Source: Octopus sinensis (lineage: Eukaryota). From it: a stretch of 64,000 nucleotides of DNA. Below the pieces are notes generated by a model, which ran no database searches, was not told the origin of the DNA, and worked only from the letters and a program-made list of their open reading frames with translations. Position 1 is the stretch's first letter. Every line of letters begins with the position of its first letter. The position numbers and the translations under genes are program-made. Of this stretch, positions 39,160-53,526 are shown piece after piece. The stretch is taken from the NCBI RefSeq assembly GCF_006345805.1, contig NC_042997.1, positions 121,024,001-121,088,000 of the forward strand, given 5' to 3'.

Positions 39160-40285
39160 ACCACAGTCAGATGTATTCATTTCACACCCGGGTAAGTGGC
39201 TCTTCAACATATAGGAATACGAGAAAATAATCAGAGGAGGAATAAAAACACTTGTGGAGTTACCAAGGCGACAGGTTAGGGAAAAGAAAACTTGACAGGA
39301 AATGTAGAAAGAAGGCGATAATGAAGAAAGAAGGTGGGTAGTGATGAAGGGAGGAAGTAGGTGTCAGAGCAAGTGAGGAGAGGAGAGGTGGGCTGGAGTG
39401 AAGAGATGTAGTTGTCAGATGAGGGGAGGAGAGGAGGGGCGTGAAATGAGGAGAGGACAGGTGTCGAGCCCATGTGGCACAAATGAGCGAAGAGAGAAGA
39501 TTAATTCCTCTTCAGGGTAAAGGCAAGAGTCTGGATGACCCCTGTGCAAAGACAACCCGAAAACAAACAAGTGCTGCAGGGAATGACCGGTAGAGCAGAA
39601 ATGGCACGAGACTGGGGTGTCATTGCCGAGTCTGATGTCTCGGAGATGCTCCGTGAATCGGTCAGCCAAACGGCGTTCCGTTTGTCTAACGTTCAGAGAA
39701 AAGCAGAATGAATAGTAAATGAAGTTGCTAGAAGTACAGGTAAAGAAGTCGGATATATGATAGGGGCGATGATGAGTGTGTGTGCGGATAGTGGTGTCGA
39801 AGGGGCAGGGGCAAGTCCGACAGTTGGGCCTGAGCAAAGGAACGAGCCAGGCTGGGGATTGGGGTTAGGGAGAAACTGTGGACCAGGAGGTCTAGCAGGT
39901 TGTGGACTCGTTTGTTGGAGCATGGATAAGTTGGGGAAGATGTGCGAAGATTAGGGTATTAGACTGGAGTCGCTGGGAGGCTTAGGGAATGGTGTGTTGT
40001 AGGGATAGTGTGGAGGGGTGGTAGTTGAGCCGAAACGCGAGTTGGGCAACGGCAAGGCGGTGGCGGGGAATGAGTGCAGGTACACAGTCCAAGGATTGTG
40101 CTCTGGCAATTGCTCTGTGCATAGTGGTGAGGGGATATCCACGAAGGATGAAGTGGCCAGCCATGGGTTGAGACTGAGTCTCAAAATTATTGTTGTCATT
40201 GCAGAGCCTGCGGAGACGGAGAACATGGGAGTAGGAGATGGAGAGCTTGGTGTGGATAAGATGGGGGGAGGAGAATATAATGCAG
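39160..40285 (-). mobile_element. Penelope-like element 3' fragment (RT C-terminus plus GIY-YIG endonuclease), degenerate
   Basis: Minus strand: HTKLSISYSHVLRLRRLCNDNNNF...MAGHFILRGYP (Penelope RT thumb), then FTCTSSNFIY...RQTERRLADRFTEHLRDIRLGNDTPVSCHF...GHSLQHL...EEELIFSLRSFVPHGL (GIY-YIG nuclease region). The 3' end runs into (TA)n at 39078-39150. Confidence 0.88.
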
Positions 40286-40471
40286 GCGTGTATATATAAT
40301 GCAAACCCTCAGATGCATATATATTCACATATATATACATACTTATCTTTATTTATAATCGACGATAAAATCTTATCTATCCAGAAAAACAATATGACCA
40401 GCTAATTGTTTTTGTGAAGTATAAATAATATTGCTAATGCTGAAGCATTTAATGTGATACACACACACACC

Positions 40472-40507
<36 letters not shown>

Positions 40508-41959
40508 CATACATACATACACATAAACTTATAGAAATATTCACACACACATGCATACATACACATACGCATCTGCTTGTATAAATATTAATTCAAATCA
40601 TATATTTATTTTCTTTGTTCTTATGCTCATGTGTTACATCTTGTAGGAATCTCTCTCTTATAACACAACGTAAAAGCGACGTTATCCACGGCTGTGAGAA
40701 TAACAAAACTACTCTTATATTTAGAAGTAATTGTCGTTAAAATACCAATATGAATTACATTTACAATGTTTGAGGCTTCCGAATATTCCAGAATTCCGGC
40801 TTTTTGATCTATGTTCGACGTTTGTGTCGTTATAGTTAAAATTCAACTTGCACAACACAAGGTTCGTGCAAAATCTCCTAAATTGGAACTAAAGTTATCA
40901 TAATTCAATTTCATTCAAATATTTTCAGCCTCCATAGAAAAAGTTGTTTAGAAAAATTTCACTTTCACTCAGATTACATACAACATTGATGGCGAGTTCC
41001 ATAAATTGAATACAGGAGTCAGGAGAGGAGAAAAAATAACCAGAACGGTAAATAAGTTCGAACTGATATAATTATCAACAATTATAATACAGTTTATTAT
41101 TCCCACTTATACAAATGGTCAAAGAAATCATAAAACAGTAAATTAATTTGGTCTGGGAAACCTTTGAAAGTAAGTCTAATTTTAACTGAAGAATGATCAT
41201 TGATATTTCCATACTGGTTGCCTTGTTTGTTGCTAATTTCAATTTATAAACTCGGTTGTTCATTGCTAAATCAAATATTCGTTCAATTCTTCATAGTTTG
41301 ATTGTTAGATCCTTGTGAGGTTTCAGGCGTCATTACTAAATAAAATTGTGGGGATAATTCAGTAGTTGTGAAACTCAAACTTAATTGTATAAAAAGTTTG
41401 GAGTATCTCGTCTGAAAGACAACTGGCAAAAATGGAAGTAAAGGAGTTAGAATGGTATTCGGAAAACTGAAAAGGAAACAAATGCCAATAATAAAATATA
41501 TAGGCGAGACTGATATAATTTTGATAAGGCTATGGAATCTGAGAAACGAAATCTGCATGTTATGGAATGGAATATTTAATACCTTTATTTAATACTTAGG
41601 GAAAATGTGATATCTGAATGATATACATAGCAAATGAAATGGGAGAAACGATAATAGTATATATACAAAGAATATTCAATGTTAAATTTTTAGATGTTGC
41701 AATTTTTAAATACTTTGAAGTTATCGATTACATCTTCAAAAAAGATATAAAATTTATTTCGTATCGGGATCTCATTGGTAAATTGCCAAGCATTGCTGAG
41801 GTTCAGTGCTAGATTTTGAAGTATACTATCAAATATATTACCTGTTATAGTTATTTTGAGGGCTATGTGTGAAATGAAGGTTGATACCGTAAATTCTAAG
41901 GCATATTCCAAAATTTTCATCTACTTATCACTCATAAAGTGCATCTATAATTCGACGTG

Positions 41960-42280
41960 AAAGCAGGATAATAAACTTTTATACCCAATATAAACACCTG
42001 AATAGCTAGTAAGAGCATTGAATTTTAATAGGCCAGTTCTCTTTAACGTTACACCAAAATACATTAGAGCAGAAACAGAACACATAAGTTTTATGAAGTC
42101 TTTGGACAAATACGTTCAAAAAATCCTGGATAAACCTCCTTCACCCAGAAATGTCTCCTCGTGTGGACCATGTTGTCAGATTGGTGATTTGAATGGCTTT
42201 ACCAAGTTGTGGAAACACGTCAGTCATGGCCTGGGCCAATACTGCCCGAAATTATCAAAGTATCAAGGTATAGATTGGGA
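41960..42280 (+). mobile_element. Probable CR1/L2-group LINE 3' end, decayed
   Basis: FMKSLDKYVQKILDKPPSP resembles the LINE C-terminus FK..LD.FL..IPDQP. It is followed by a tail ending aagtatcaaggtat. Confidence 0.45.
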
Positions 42281-42480
42281 TTTTACCAATAGAATAGCAA
42301 CTCCTATTTCAGGATAACGTTATTTTCTGGAATACGCATAGAAAGTTATATCAAATATAATAATAGAACGATATAAGCATTTCAAAACCTACTATAGAGT
42401 ACAATAAAATTATTTAAAGAAATTATTTTAAAAATATTATGTAATATATTATATATATATAATATATATATATATTATAT

Positions 42481-42878
42481 ATATATTAGAAAAATTGAGG
42501 TAATCAGATCAGATGGTTCATATTTGTAGATATTATTTATATATTACATTTTTTACATATATATCATATCATTCGGATTAGCGCTTGCTCCATTCTAGTG
42601 GGTTTTCAAATCAAATCAGTTGTGGGTATTTGAACCTTCATTTTATAGTTTCATAGTAGTGGGTGAGGTTTTTATTTTTTTTTATTTTTTTATTTTTTAT
42701 TCTTTATATTTTATTTATTCTTTATTTTTTTATTTTTTTATTTTTTTATTTTTTGTTTTTATTTTATTTTATTTTATTTTTTTTTATTTTTTTATTTTTT
42801 TTTTATTATTATTATTTTTATTTTCCCTTTTCTCTTTTTTCTCTCTCCCCTTCTCCAAACACACAGACACAACACACA

Positions 42879-42916
<38 letters not shown>

Positions 42917-43138
42917 CACACACAGACACACAGAGACACACACACACACACACCTCCACAGAATGATCATAGAAAGTGTGACCCCAAATGACATTTGCCA
43001 GGCCAACCTATGCACAACACACACTCAGTGACATTGAAATGGACAGCCAAAGTTCTTATAAAACCACAGGGTGTCCAGCAGACCAACGGAAATAACACTT
43101 CTTCACTCTCAGATATAAATGCGCACACACACACACAC

Positions 43139-43186
<48 letters not shown>

Positions 43187-43401
43187 TCATATTTTCTCTC
43201 TGCCTCACTTCCTCCTCACCCACTACTATGAAACTATAAAAAGGTTCAAACTACCCACAACTGATTTGATTTGAAAACCCACTAGAATGGGAGCAAGCGC
43301 TAATCCGAATGATATGATATATATGTAAAAAATGTAATATATAAATAAATATCTACAAATATGAACCATCTGATCTGATTACCTCAATTTTTCTAATATA
43401 T
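42481..43401. repeat. Inverted repeat, ~188-bp arms with ~545-nt spacer
   Basis: 42481-42668 versus 43214-43401, differing only by a few small indels. The spacer holds T-rich and (CA)n tracts. Confidence 0.92.
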
Positions 43402-43561
43402 AATACCTGTACATCATCTCCAAACCTTCCGATATATATATAATATATACCTTTCTTCTTAGTAGATTGTGGGGAAAGAAGATATTCTACATCAACACTA
43501 CACGCGTTTCTACACTGAGAGTTTGTTTATCCAGGCTAAACTTAATACATAAATACACTAT

Positions 43562-43630
<69 letters not shown>

Positions 43631-43710
43631 GGACACATTCAAGTGTATACATATACATATAGATTGTGAGTCACAATATCCACATATATGTATAATATAT
43701 ATATATATAC

Positions 43711-43765
<55 letters not shown>

Positions 43766-44524
43766 AATCTACAAATCTACAAATGTATTTACATGTGAGC
43801 GTATGTTCGTGAGTGTTTTTTGTGTGTATATGCATATAATTGTATATGAGTGTGAATGTGTGTCTGCGATTACGTTGACTATATCTATTACTTCCTTTAA
43901 AAAGATGCATTTTATTATCATGTTCATATACCTATGGTCTGCATTGTTTAATGAAAGTTCACTAAACAATGAAGAACATTACTTTATTACTTTCCTAACT
44001 ATAAACTTAATTATTCATGTCTCTTTTCAAAAGCCGGTTTACACAAAATTACTCGTGTACGACTAAATCTCGCTCCTCTTCCTATCTCCTTTCTCACTCT
44101 CTCTTCCTAATACATTCCTCCACTCTCCCATATTCGCTTCTCTTGTCTTACTTAATTCTCGCTCACTTACTCTCCAGTCACTTAACAACAGTTGAATCTC
44201 CATGATATATGTTGAAATATGCTAATGGTCAGGTTACAGCTGTGCGTCCGAAGTTTTAACGCTTTCGATGCTTGCTAATGTAATCTTTTCTGATGAACTA
44301 AACGAAAAGTGATTATTACAAAATTCCCAGTTATCTAAGAGTCGAAATATCTGTGATTGTTTCTGTTTCAAAATAATGTATAGGAAGATATGACTTGTTT
44401 GCACATGCTATTCTAAATGTCTGTAATCAACACACATGCACATAATTATATACTCTCTCATTCCCCCTACACGCACATATAGATATATGTATTTTTATAT
44501 ATGCATATGTGTGCTTTGACTATG

Positions 44525-44593
<69 letters not shown>

Positions 44594-44745
44594 CTAGGTG
44601 TTTATAAAGTAGATTGATAAATGCATAGATAGATAGGAATACAGACACTCAGACGGGCAGACAGACAGATGGGCAGATTGGCAGACGGACAGACCGACAG
44701 ATAAGTAGGTAGGTTGATAGATACATACATACATGCATACATACA

Positions 44746-44779
<34 letters not shown>

Positions 44780-44784
44780 CATAT

Positions 44785-45735
44785 GTTTCTTTATTAGTCA
44801 CACAGGGCTGACCACAAAGGGGACAAAATACAAAGAAGAGCTTTTCGTTATGGCAAGGAAAGAAAAATATAAGTGGTGGTAGTTTTCGATCAAAAGGGAT
44901 CGTGAAGAAAAAAAGGAAAGCCGATCAATAGGTTTCTCTAGGAGGCGCGATAAACAGACTCGTCTCTCAAGCGATATCAGTCGTTCGACATAGGCCCACA
45001 GTTCGGAAATGGTTGGACACTGTACGAGTGCCTGCAGAACGGTCTCATCGCTATGACCGCATTTCGGGCAGGTCAGCCCCATGTTTCTCGAGCCATACCT
45101 GTAGATGTTATCTCTAACGGGTACGGTTCTCGATAGCACTGCTAGGCCAGAGAGCTATGGAATTTGTCTATAGGTCCCGGCCAGAAAGCCGTCTTGATCA
45201 GGTAGGTCAGGTATTCTTCGTCGACGCCCAAGTGCGCCCCAAGATCGTCGTCGCTCCTCCTCTCCACTAATCCCCTATAGAATGCTTTTGCTTGAGTTTC
45301 AGTCGCTCAAGGACGACCCCTGGACGGTATAATTACTCGAGAGCCACGCAACACACGCGGTGTCATTCGCCCTTCCGCTTACTCTTTTTGATCCACGACT
45401 GTAGCTCGGTCATGGAGACGAAGTGCGAGAAAACGCGCCTCACAAAAGGCGATCACGCCTGTTCACCGTCGTCTCCGCAGTGCCGGAGATGTCGCAGTCT
45501 CAGCGAGTCTGTGCATCATCAATCAAAACATGCCCAGTTCTCTTTTAGTGCGTATTGGCAGAAAACGGATCGCCTGACCATCGGAATGCATCGTTTCCAC
45601 AAGAAGCAAAAGAGAATGCGTTCCAGTTTGGTGATGGTAGGGTTGGGACAAGGCACGACGGTAAGGCGATAGTAGATAACGGACGCAATGTACGTGTTCG
45701 CCACCTTCACCCGACCTTCTGGCGACAGCTATCGA
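44785..45735 (-). mobile_element. Tx1/L1-group non-LTR retrotransposon 3' fragment
   Basis: Minus strand LSPEGRVKVANTYIASVIYYRLTVVPCPNPTITKLERILFCFLWK (post-RT region) and LTCPKCGHSDETVLQALVQC (C-terminal zinc knuckle). AATAAA near the 3' end at ~44790. GC-rich island between (ATAC)n and (GATA)n arrays. Confidence 0.8.
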
Positions 45736-45757
45736 TAGATAGATAGATAGATATAGA

Positions 45758-45805
<48 letters not shown>

Positions 45806-45985
45806 GTAGATACCTAGATAGATAGATAGATAGACATACGGATAGACAGACAGAGATAAATAGGTAGTTTGGAAGGTAGGTAGGTAGGTAGATACATAGA
45901 TAGATACATAGGTAGATAGACAGACAGGCAGATAAACAGACAGATAAATATATATATATATATAGATAGATAGATAGATAGATAG

Positions 45986-46021
<36 letters not shown>

Positions 46022-46044
46022 CTAGACGATAGATAGATAGATAG

Positions 46045-46081
<37 letters not shown>

Positions 46082-46082
46082 C

Positions 46083-46121
<39 letters not shown>

Positions 46122-46132
46122 GATAGACAGAC

Positions 46133-46163
<31 letters not shown>

Positions 46164-46169
46164 AGATAG

Positions 46170-46244
<75 letters not shown>

Positions 46245-46245
46245 C
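45735..46245. repeat. (GATA)n satellite array
   Basis: Directly visible. Other GATA arrays at ~57766-57882 and ~60620-61120. Confidence 0.97.
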
Positions 46246-46933
46246 TAAGACTTGCTTATTTTACCATAAACTGAAAAGAAGTGCTGATAAGTTGTGCAGT
46301 AACTACACCGTACTTGAGAGAATATATATTACCTTACTCAATTACTGTTAGATATTGCTTTGAAATGATATTTATTGTGGCTAATTTGACGTGTTGTTCA
46401 TTGAAAAGCATTCTATATTAAGCTACTAAATGATCAACCCGTTATTATGTCTTTTATTTAGCTAGAGGACAAACAGAAGTGTCGCTATATTCCTTATACA
46501 CTTGGTGGATAATGAGAATTTACATGCCAAAGATGTAACAACACAAAAAGAGAACACTGCTTCATTAGTGTTAGAAGTATTGCGAATCATTATTGCTACA
46601 CTAACCTAAGTTGTGTGTGATTGCTAGCGACGAATTTCAAACGTTTATGACTACATATGATTGGAGACAAATTATTTGATCTTAAAAACCACTGATTATT
46701 GTATTCCACAAATGTAATTTATATATCAAAAACTGGAAAAAAGATGATACGGAATCATTACATATAGATACGACCCTTTAGATTTTATTTGATGCTTTCG
46801 AATGACATCTACATCTGATGATTCCTATTTGATCATTTTGCCTGTTTCAGACTCATTAAAACTTCATATACACACAGACACAGACACACACGTAAGCATA
46901 CGAGCACACACTCATATGAATACATACATACTA

Positions 46934-46985
<52 letters not shown>

Positions 46986-47038
46986 CCAGCATGGCCACAG
47001 CTCATGAGCTGAAACTAGAATCAATCAATCAATCAATC

Positions 47039-47081
<43 letters not shown>

Positions 47082-47218
47082 TATACATACACAGGCACAC
47101 ACACACACACGCACACACATATATATACACACACACAAGCGCGTACAGTCATATTCACACATAAATATATATAGTGATTGGTAGACACCACATAAACAAA
47201 TATGTATGAATGTATATG

Positions 47219-47258
<40 letters not shown>

Positions 47259-48049
47259 AGTATACATATGTATATGTATATTTCAGAGAGAGATTGGAAG
47301 AGAGAAGGAGAGAGAGAGAGTAGGGCAGAAAGGTATTGTAATTGCCAGATAGATAATGAGTGAGGAACTGTGTTCAGATTCGCACCAGTCGATTCATTTA
47401 ATGTTCTCATTTAATATATTGTCAATATATAGGTGAATGTAAAGAACATTGTTAGACTGAATAGAAATACTCTAAGCACATACCTATAGCACGGTGCACA
47501 ATTGTTGGTAGAAGTCACGTGACCATTCATTGTGTGGTTCCTTGATCGGTTCTACTTTGGATCTTTACTCTGTATCAGGAGTATTCTATCATACATATAT
47601 CGATACATTTTGTGTAATATGTCTGATCTTTCCTTTCCTCCAACATTATAGTCTTCGATGATTTTATACAAACTTATACATCCTTATCTCTCTTGGAAAT
47701 TGTCTCTCTATGCAACAAAGGCAAATAAAATAATTACTTATTATTGTCTATTGTTTTAAGGAATTGATGTGTTGCTCGAGTTGATTTCTCTAGCTATCAA
47801 GTTACAATTTGCAGATTAGGATGAAAAATATTTCCTATTTCCTCTTACGTTATTCTCAGAAATTCGACCTGAGTTGTCAAGATCACACTCACGTGTCTTT
47901 CCACTTTATCCATTTCGTTAACCACAGCCGGATGTCCTTGCCGTCCTTCATTACCTAATTTTTTCCTCTTTTCTATACTTCTCTATTTTCTCTTTTGAAC
48001 TTCTGTCTATTTTGTAAATAGTCCTTTATTACTTTATTTTTAACAGATG

Positions 48050-48900
48050 GTTCATTCTTCGCCTTGTAGGTAAGGCACTTGACATTTCTTTTCTACATCT
48101 ACTATCACTTGACACCCTTTAACCCTTTTCTTCTTTACACTGTTACCCAATATAACAGGTCCACATCCCAGACGTGACTTCTCAATTGTTGACCCATTCT
48201 TTATTTTCTCATCGGTATCCTTTAGCTCGTGCATTTTTTCCATTCCAATATTCACAGATGTTTATACGATTCTCATCATTAGGTTGATCATATTCCAGTT
48301 CATCAGGAGTGATTTTCCTCACTCATCAATATCATAACACATTCAACGATTCCGAAAGTCACCATAATGTTGCTAGTAGTAGTTTTACTCTTTGCATATA
48401 TTGAAGATGGCTCAGTTACACCAAATTTTTATTCAACAGCATTCTTCCTTAGTTTGTGGATTATAATTGACAAAGGAGTCTCATTAATTACATGGACGTG
48501 GGTTTAGATACTGTTCCATAAATAGATTCCTGTACTGAATTTACGCCTGTTAATCCTCCTCTGTCTCATATTTGTTCTACCCTCTGTGACGAGTTGAATT
48601 TCTAGCCGATTCCCAAAAATTTCTTCACATCTTGAAGTATTTTAGGCAGCTTTTGATCCGCGTACATAAAACTTTTCCTTACGCTTGAGTATATTCCATA
48701 GGCATAAATTTACCGATTTCTTTCTGCAAATTCTTAAGACCATATAGTCTAACATCATTTAACTTGCCGTTTACCTCTAATTTTTGACAATGTTCCTGTT
48801 AATCGGATGTTTGTTGTTTCTCATATAGGCCCTCGTATATTTCCTTTGAATTAATTGGGCATTCTTAGGGCAACGGATCGTCTCCAAATCTCCGTTGACA
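48050..48900 (-). mobile_element. Possible heavily decayed RTE-like LINE
   Basis: Hand translation gives FMYADQ (cf. YADD) near 48660, and a purine-rich C-terminal segment NSVKKKRVKGCQVIVD. Many stops; weak similarity only. Confidence 0.3.
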
Positions 48901-49035
48901 GGTATTAGTGGCTACGTGGCAGATGTGTGCTGAAATTTTAAACGTTTTTTAAGAAACTTAGACAAGGATGTTTTAACTCAATATTCCACAAGCTAATATT
49001 TTGACTTTATCAGCTTCGAGTTCTATCGTTAAAAT

Positions 49036-49580
49036 TCTTTTCTACTCTAGGCATAAAGCCCGAAATTTTGGAGGAAGGGGCCATATTAGATGGGTTGCTG
49101 TACGCAACTGGTACTTAATTTATCAACTCCGAAAGGATGAAAGAAATAGTCAATAGCGGTGGAATTTGAACTCAGAACATAAACACAGACGAAATCCCAC
49201 TATGCATTTCGCCCGTTGTTGTAACGATTCTGCCAGCTCACCAACCCTCTATCGTTAGAATTGAACGGAGTCTCTGCATTCCTGTGACGTGAAAATTCCT
49301 ACAATTCTCAGTGGCAAGTTCAAGGCTTCTGAAATACAAGAATTCGAAGGTGAGCTGGCAGAAACATTAGCATGCCGGGCGAAATACTTATCAGTATTTC
49401 GTCTGCCGTTACGTTCTAAGTTCAAATTCTGCCGAGGTCGACTTTGCCTTTCATCCATTCGGGGTAGATAAATTAAGTATCAGTTACGCACTGGGGCCGA
49501 TGTAATCGACTTAATCCTTTTGTCTGTTCTTGTTTGTCCCCTATATGTTTAGCCCCTTGTGGGAAAAACAGAAATAAGAA
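49036..49580. mobile_element. Head-to-head pair of family B SINEs
   Basis: Minus copy ~49036-49243 and plus copy ~49347-49580, about 100 bp apart. Confidence 0.8.
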
Positions 49581-50234
49581 CATAATTCGAAGGATTATTT
49601 GGTTTAATGGCAGCACAACATCTGAGAAGTTTCTGAAAATTTGATCTCACATCCTATGGAAAGTACTGAAACTTTTGTTTTTCCATTCAAATGCTTTTAA
49701 ACCCAGTTTTTTTATACGTTATTATTATAATTCTATCTAGTGCAAAACAAATTTCACCAACAAAAACTTACTCATTTCTTATCCCTCAATGGTTCTAAAC
49801 ACTTATAGCGCAACTACACTAACACACACACGTGTGTGTTTGTGTGTGTGTTGATAGACCGATATATTACACATTTATTTTCACATGCATAAGTGCATTT
49901 TAATTCAGAGTGTCTATTAATGTTTAAAAAATGTTATATATTACTATACTATCGATTATAATATCTAGCAATTCTTACGTTTTATTGAACCCGCTACACA
50001 AACAATCGAAAAACCCAAAATTCATTTTGACTCCGTGAAGTGAATCAGAAAATATCACCCGACAGAATTTAATAAGTATTGTCTACAATATTTATGGTGT
50101 AAATTCTTTTCTGTTTGTTCCACACCACGGAATATGTTTGTATATGCATGCATATTTAGATCTATCTATCAATTATCTATCTATCAGTCTGTCTGCATGT
50201 ATGCATGTACGTCTGTGTGTTATGTATATATATG

Positions 50235-50307
<73 letters not shown>

Positions 50308-51463
50308 ATATATATATGTATATATATATATCTATATATATATATATATGTATATACACATACACACATATATATATTATATAATATATATACGTACACA
50401 CACACATATATATATATATATTCGTATTATTCGTATATTTAGTGATACAGAACAAACGATAGAGAATGTATACTACATATACTACACACGCACACACACA
50501 TACACACAGAGAAACACACCGAGCCACACGCGCGCACACATGTTTATATAAAGGTATTTGCTCATATGTCTATTTATCAAAATGCTTTATAAACTTGTTT
50601 GTTTTACGAATTATATAAATAATATTAATCCAACCAAGTCTTCTGTTATATTTCTATATTTATTTAGTATATATTGAAATCGAAAATATCATAATTTTAT
50701 ACCTATAGGCAACAAAAACTATATCAAACTATTAAATATTCTATTTTTAATGTCTTCAAGGTCTCACGATGCATACAAAGGATAATGCAATTAAATTTTC
50801 CATGATTCCATTCATATCAGACATGCGTTGTATTGTATATTATGTTTCGGCAACTTTATTGCTATTTAGAATATTTTTCACCGCACAATATCATCACGTC
50901 AAATGTGAGTGAGAAATATTTTTCATGAATAAATAAGCCATCACTGGCAACTAATCAATATGGCGCGTGGCTTATTTTGCATGACAATAAGGTAATAATG
51001 GGAAATAAATCTGAATAGAAAATTCCTAGAAGAAAAACATAAACTTATGCTAGGCGTCAAAACACGCACGCACACGGACACACACACACACACACGGACA
51101 CACACACACTGATATATGTATCTGTATATCTTATACGTACATATACATATGAACAAGCTGCAACATGATATATATTTTTGTAAATAAATACATAGATATA
51201 TATACATACATATACATACATAAATGCACACACACATACGTACACATATATGTATGTATATATATATGTATATATACATATATGAGTGTGTGTGTATGTA
51301 TGTATGTATGTATGTATATATATTAATTTATTAACTTTCTCGTATATTCTATTTGCAGGCTCTATCATTTGCTATATATTCAACGAACATTGAGATATTC
51401 CTGAGATAGCTCCGGCAACAATTGTGTAAATACCTACAGGGAACATACCCAAAACTTTAAAAA

Positions 51464-51513
<50 letters not shown>

Positions 51514-51563
51514 TATATATATATATGTACATATGTATGTATGTATATATGTAAGTATGTATG

Positions 51564-51595
<32 letters not shown>

Positions 51596-51604
51596 TATAG
51601 ATAT

Positions 51605-51675
<71 letters not shown>

Positions 51676-52149
51676 TACATAGAGAGAAAGAGAAAGAAGT
51701 AGTATATTTGCTATGCAAGATGCTTTCCGAAAAATCGTGTGTTGCAACGAAATGTTATTGTGTCTTGAGAGAGTCATACTACATTAATAATGACACAAAG
51801 CACACGTTCAATTCGACTGCTTTGAACCCAATAACAAGTCGATCGTTTGTTTTACGTGTTGGTCTAACAATCAGCCGGTGGTTTGTTTGTGCATCCTATT
51901 TCTTTGATGTGCACAACCCGTGTCTCCAAAGTCGACGTTATATACACGTCTAACCAACAATGTTGGTTAAATTCGTTACGACCATTATATTAGCTCACCT
52001 GATAAAAAAAAATTTTTGAGAGTGGTGGACAATATATTGTGATGTAATTTATGAATATATCATTGTCATTCTACCAAAATAAGTTCTATAAATTTAAACA
52101 CCATTTCTGATGTCATTTTAATACCTATGCTACACATGGACCCAACTCT

Positions 52150-52870
52150 AGAGTGAGGTCTTCGATTTAAATTGTACTTACATATCTATAGTGTTTTATC
52201 AACGCTTAATACCTTCCTGGCTATTTACCTCACTGTGAAATCCCTCTGACTCGACCTAACTGTTTGTGGATATTTAGTGTTCATGTGCCTAGATTCCACT
52301 GTCTCCTGTAATTTTTTCATATAAACGAAAGAAATAGTTTTATTATTAATAATTCGTTTGTAATGTTTGTGGGTAGGGTATTTGAGCAGGTTATGGGAAT
52401 TTCAATGGGTTGCAATTGTAGGCCCATGTTGGTGAACGATTATCTTTCTTCATGCGAGTTCCTTTTTCTTAAAGACCTATATACTACGAAAGAGATGGTT
52501 TGGCTTAAACAACTTGATGGATGCGGCAGATACTTAATTCATATATATAATTATGGTTTCTTTGAATTTTTACTCAGAAATATATATCCCTGTAGGCTTA
52601 TAGTCACCAGAAATGGTAATAAGAAATATTAATTATTTGATTGTCGATCTAGTAATTCAGGATAACAATGAAATGTGTACTGACATTTATCACAAAACAG
52701 AAGGTTTTGGTTTCTAAGTGACTTCGATGCCATGGTTCAGTAGTAAAACTTCTACTTTTATTGGTTAGATAGTTTAATATATGTTTTAATATAATTTATA
52801 TTGTGTTTGTCGACCGGTTTCACTTTCAATAATCATGACACGGAAAATGTTGTAATTCCGTATTTTTTTA
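52150..52870 (+). mobile_element. Decayed Penelope-like reverse transcriptase (possibly Naiad-type)
   Basis: ORF 52363-52632 FIINNSFVMFVGRVFEQVMGISMGCNCRPML resembles PLE RT F..RVFQQ..GIPMGTNCAP. It continues RYLI...IYP, then NYLIVDLVIQ...TDIYHKTEGFGF, with stops. No GIY-YIG seen downstream. Confidence 0.65.
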
Positions 52871-53431
52871 AGAAGATTTTAGTCCATGTTGGGTGTGGAG
52901 AATTTTATGAATGGATGATATATATAAAATTAGTAAACATGCATAAAGTGGAAGAAGTAGATGCCTACAAAAAGTAATTGGAAGTCCTCCTCTCCACAAT
53001 ACTGGATTAACCAACAGCACGACATGAGGTACAGGCGAGGGCAGCGAAATCAAACTGCTTTGAACAAAAGTGGGCCAAACCCTGGGACAAAGTCACATAC
53101 AGGTGTGGTGGTGTGAACATTTCAGACAGAGACAATCAGATAGAGAGAGAGAGAGGTAGAGAGAGAGAGAGAGACTTATATTCTGTTATTCTTTTAATTG
53201 TTTCAGTCATTTGACTGAGACGATGCTGCTAGAGCACCGCTTTCAAGGTTGCTAGTCGAACAAGTCAACCACAGGGCTTATATCGTAAGGCTAGTACATA
53301 ATTTATCGTCCCTTAATCCGAACTGTTAAATTATGGGCAGATATACACTCCAACGCCGGTTGTCAAGCGGAGACTGAAGACAAACACAAAGACGCACAAC
53401 CATGGATATACGCCTATGAACACACACACAT

Positions 53432-53484
<53 letters not shown>

Positions 53485-53526
53485 TATTATATATATGGAT
53501 TTAACACAGATGTTTATTCAAATTCT

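Noticed and set aside
35470-47620. Faint CR1/L2-like RT echoes (RLLESRKEKADL ~35500; KWLSNR ~37885; VVP*SV ~47540)
   Set aside because: Each is a few residues in heavily decayed sequence; boundaries and family cannot be supported without a search.
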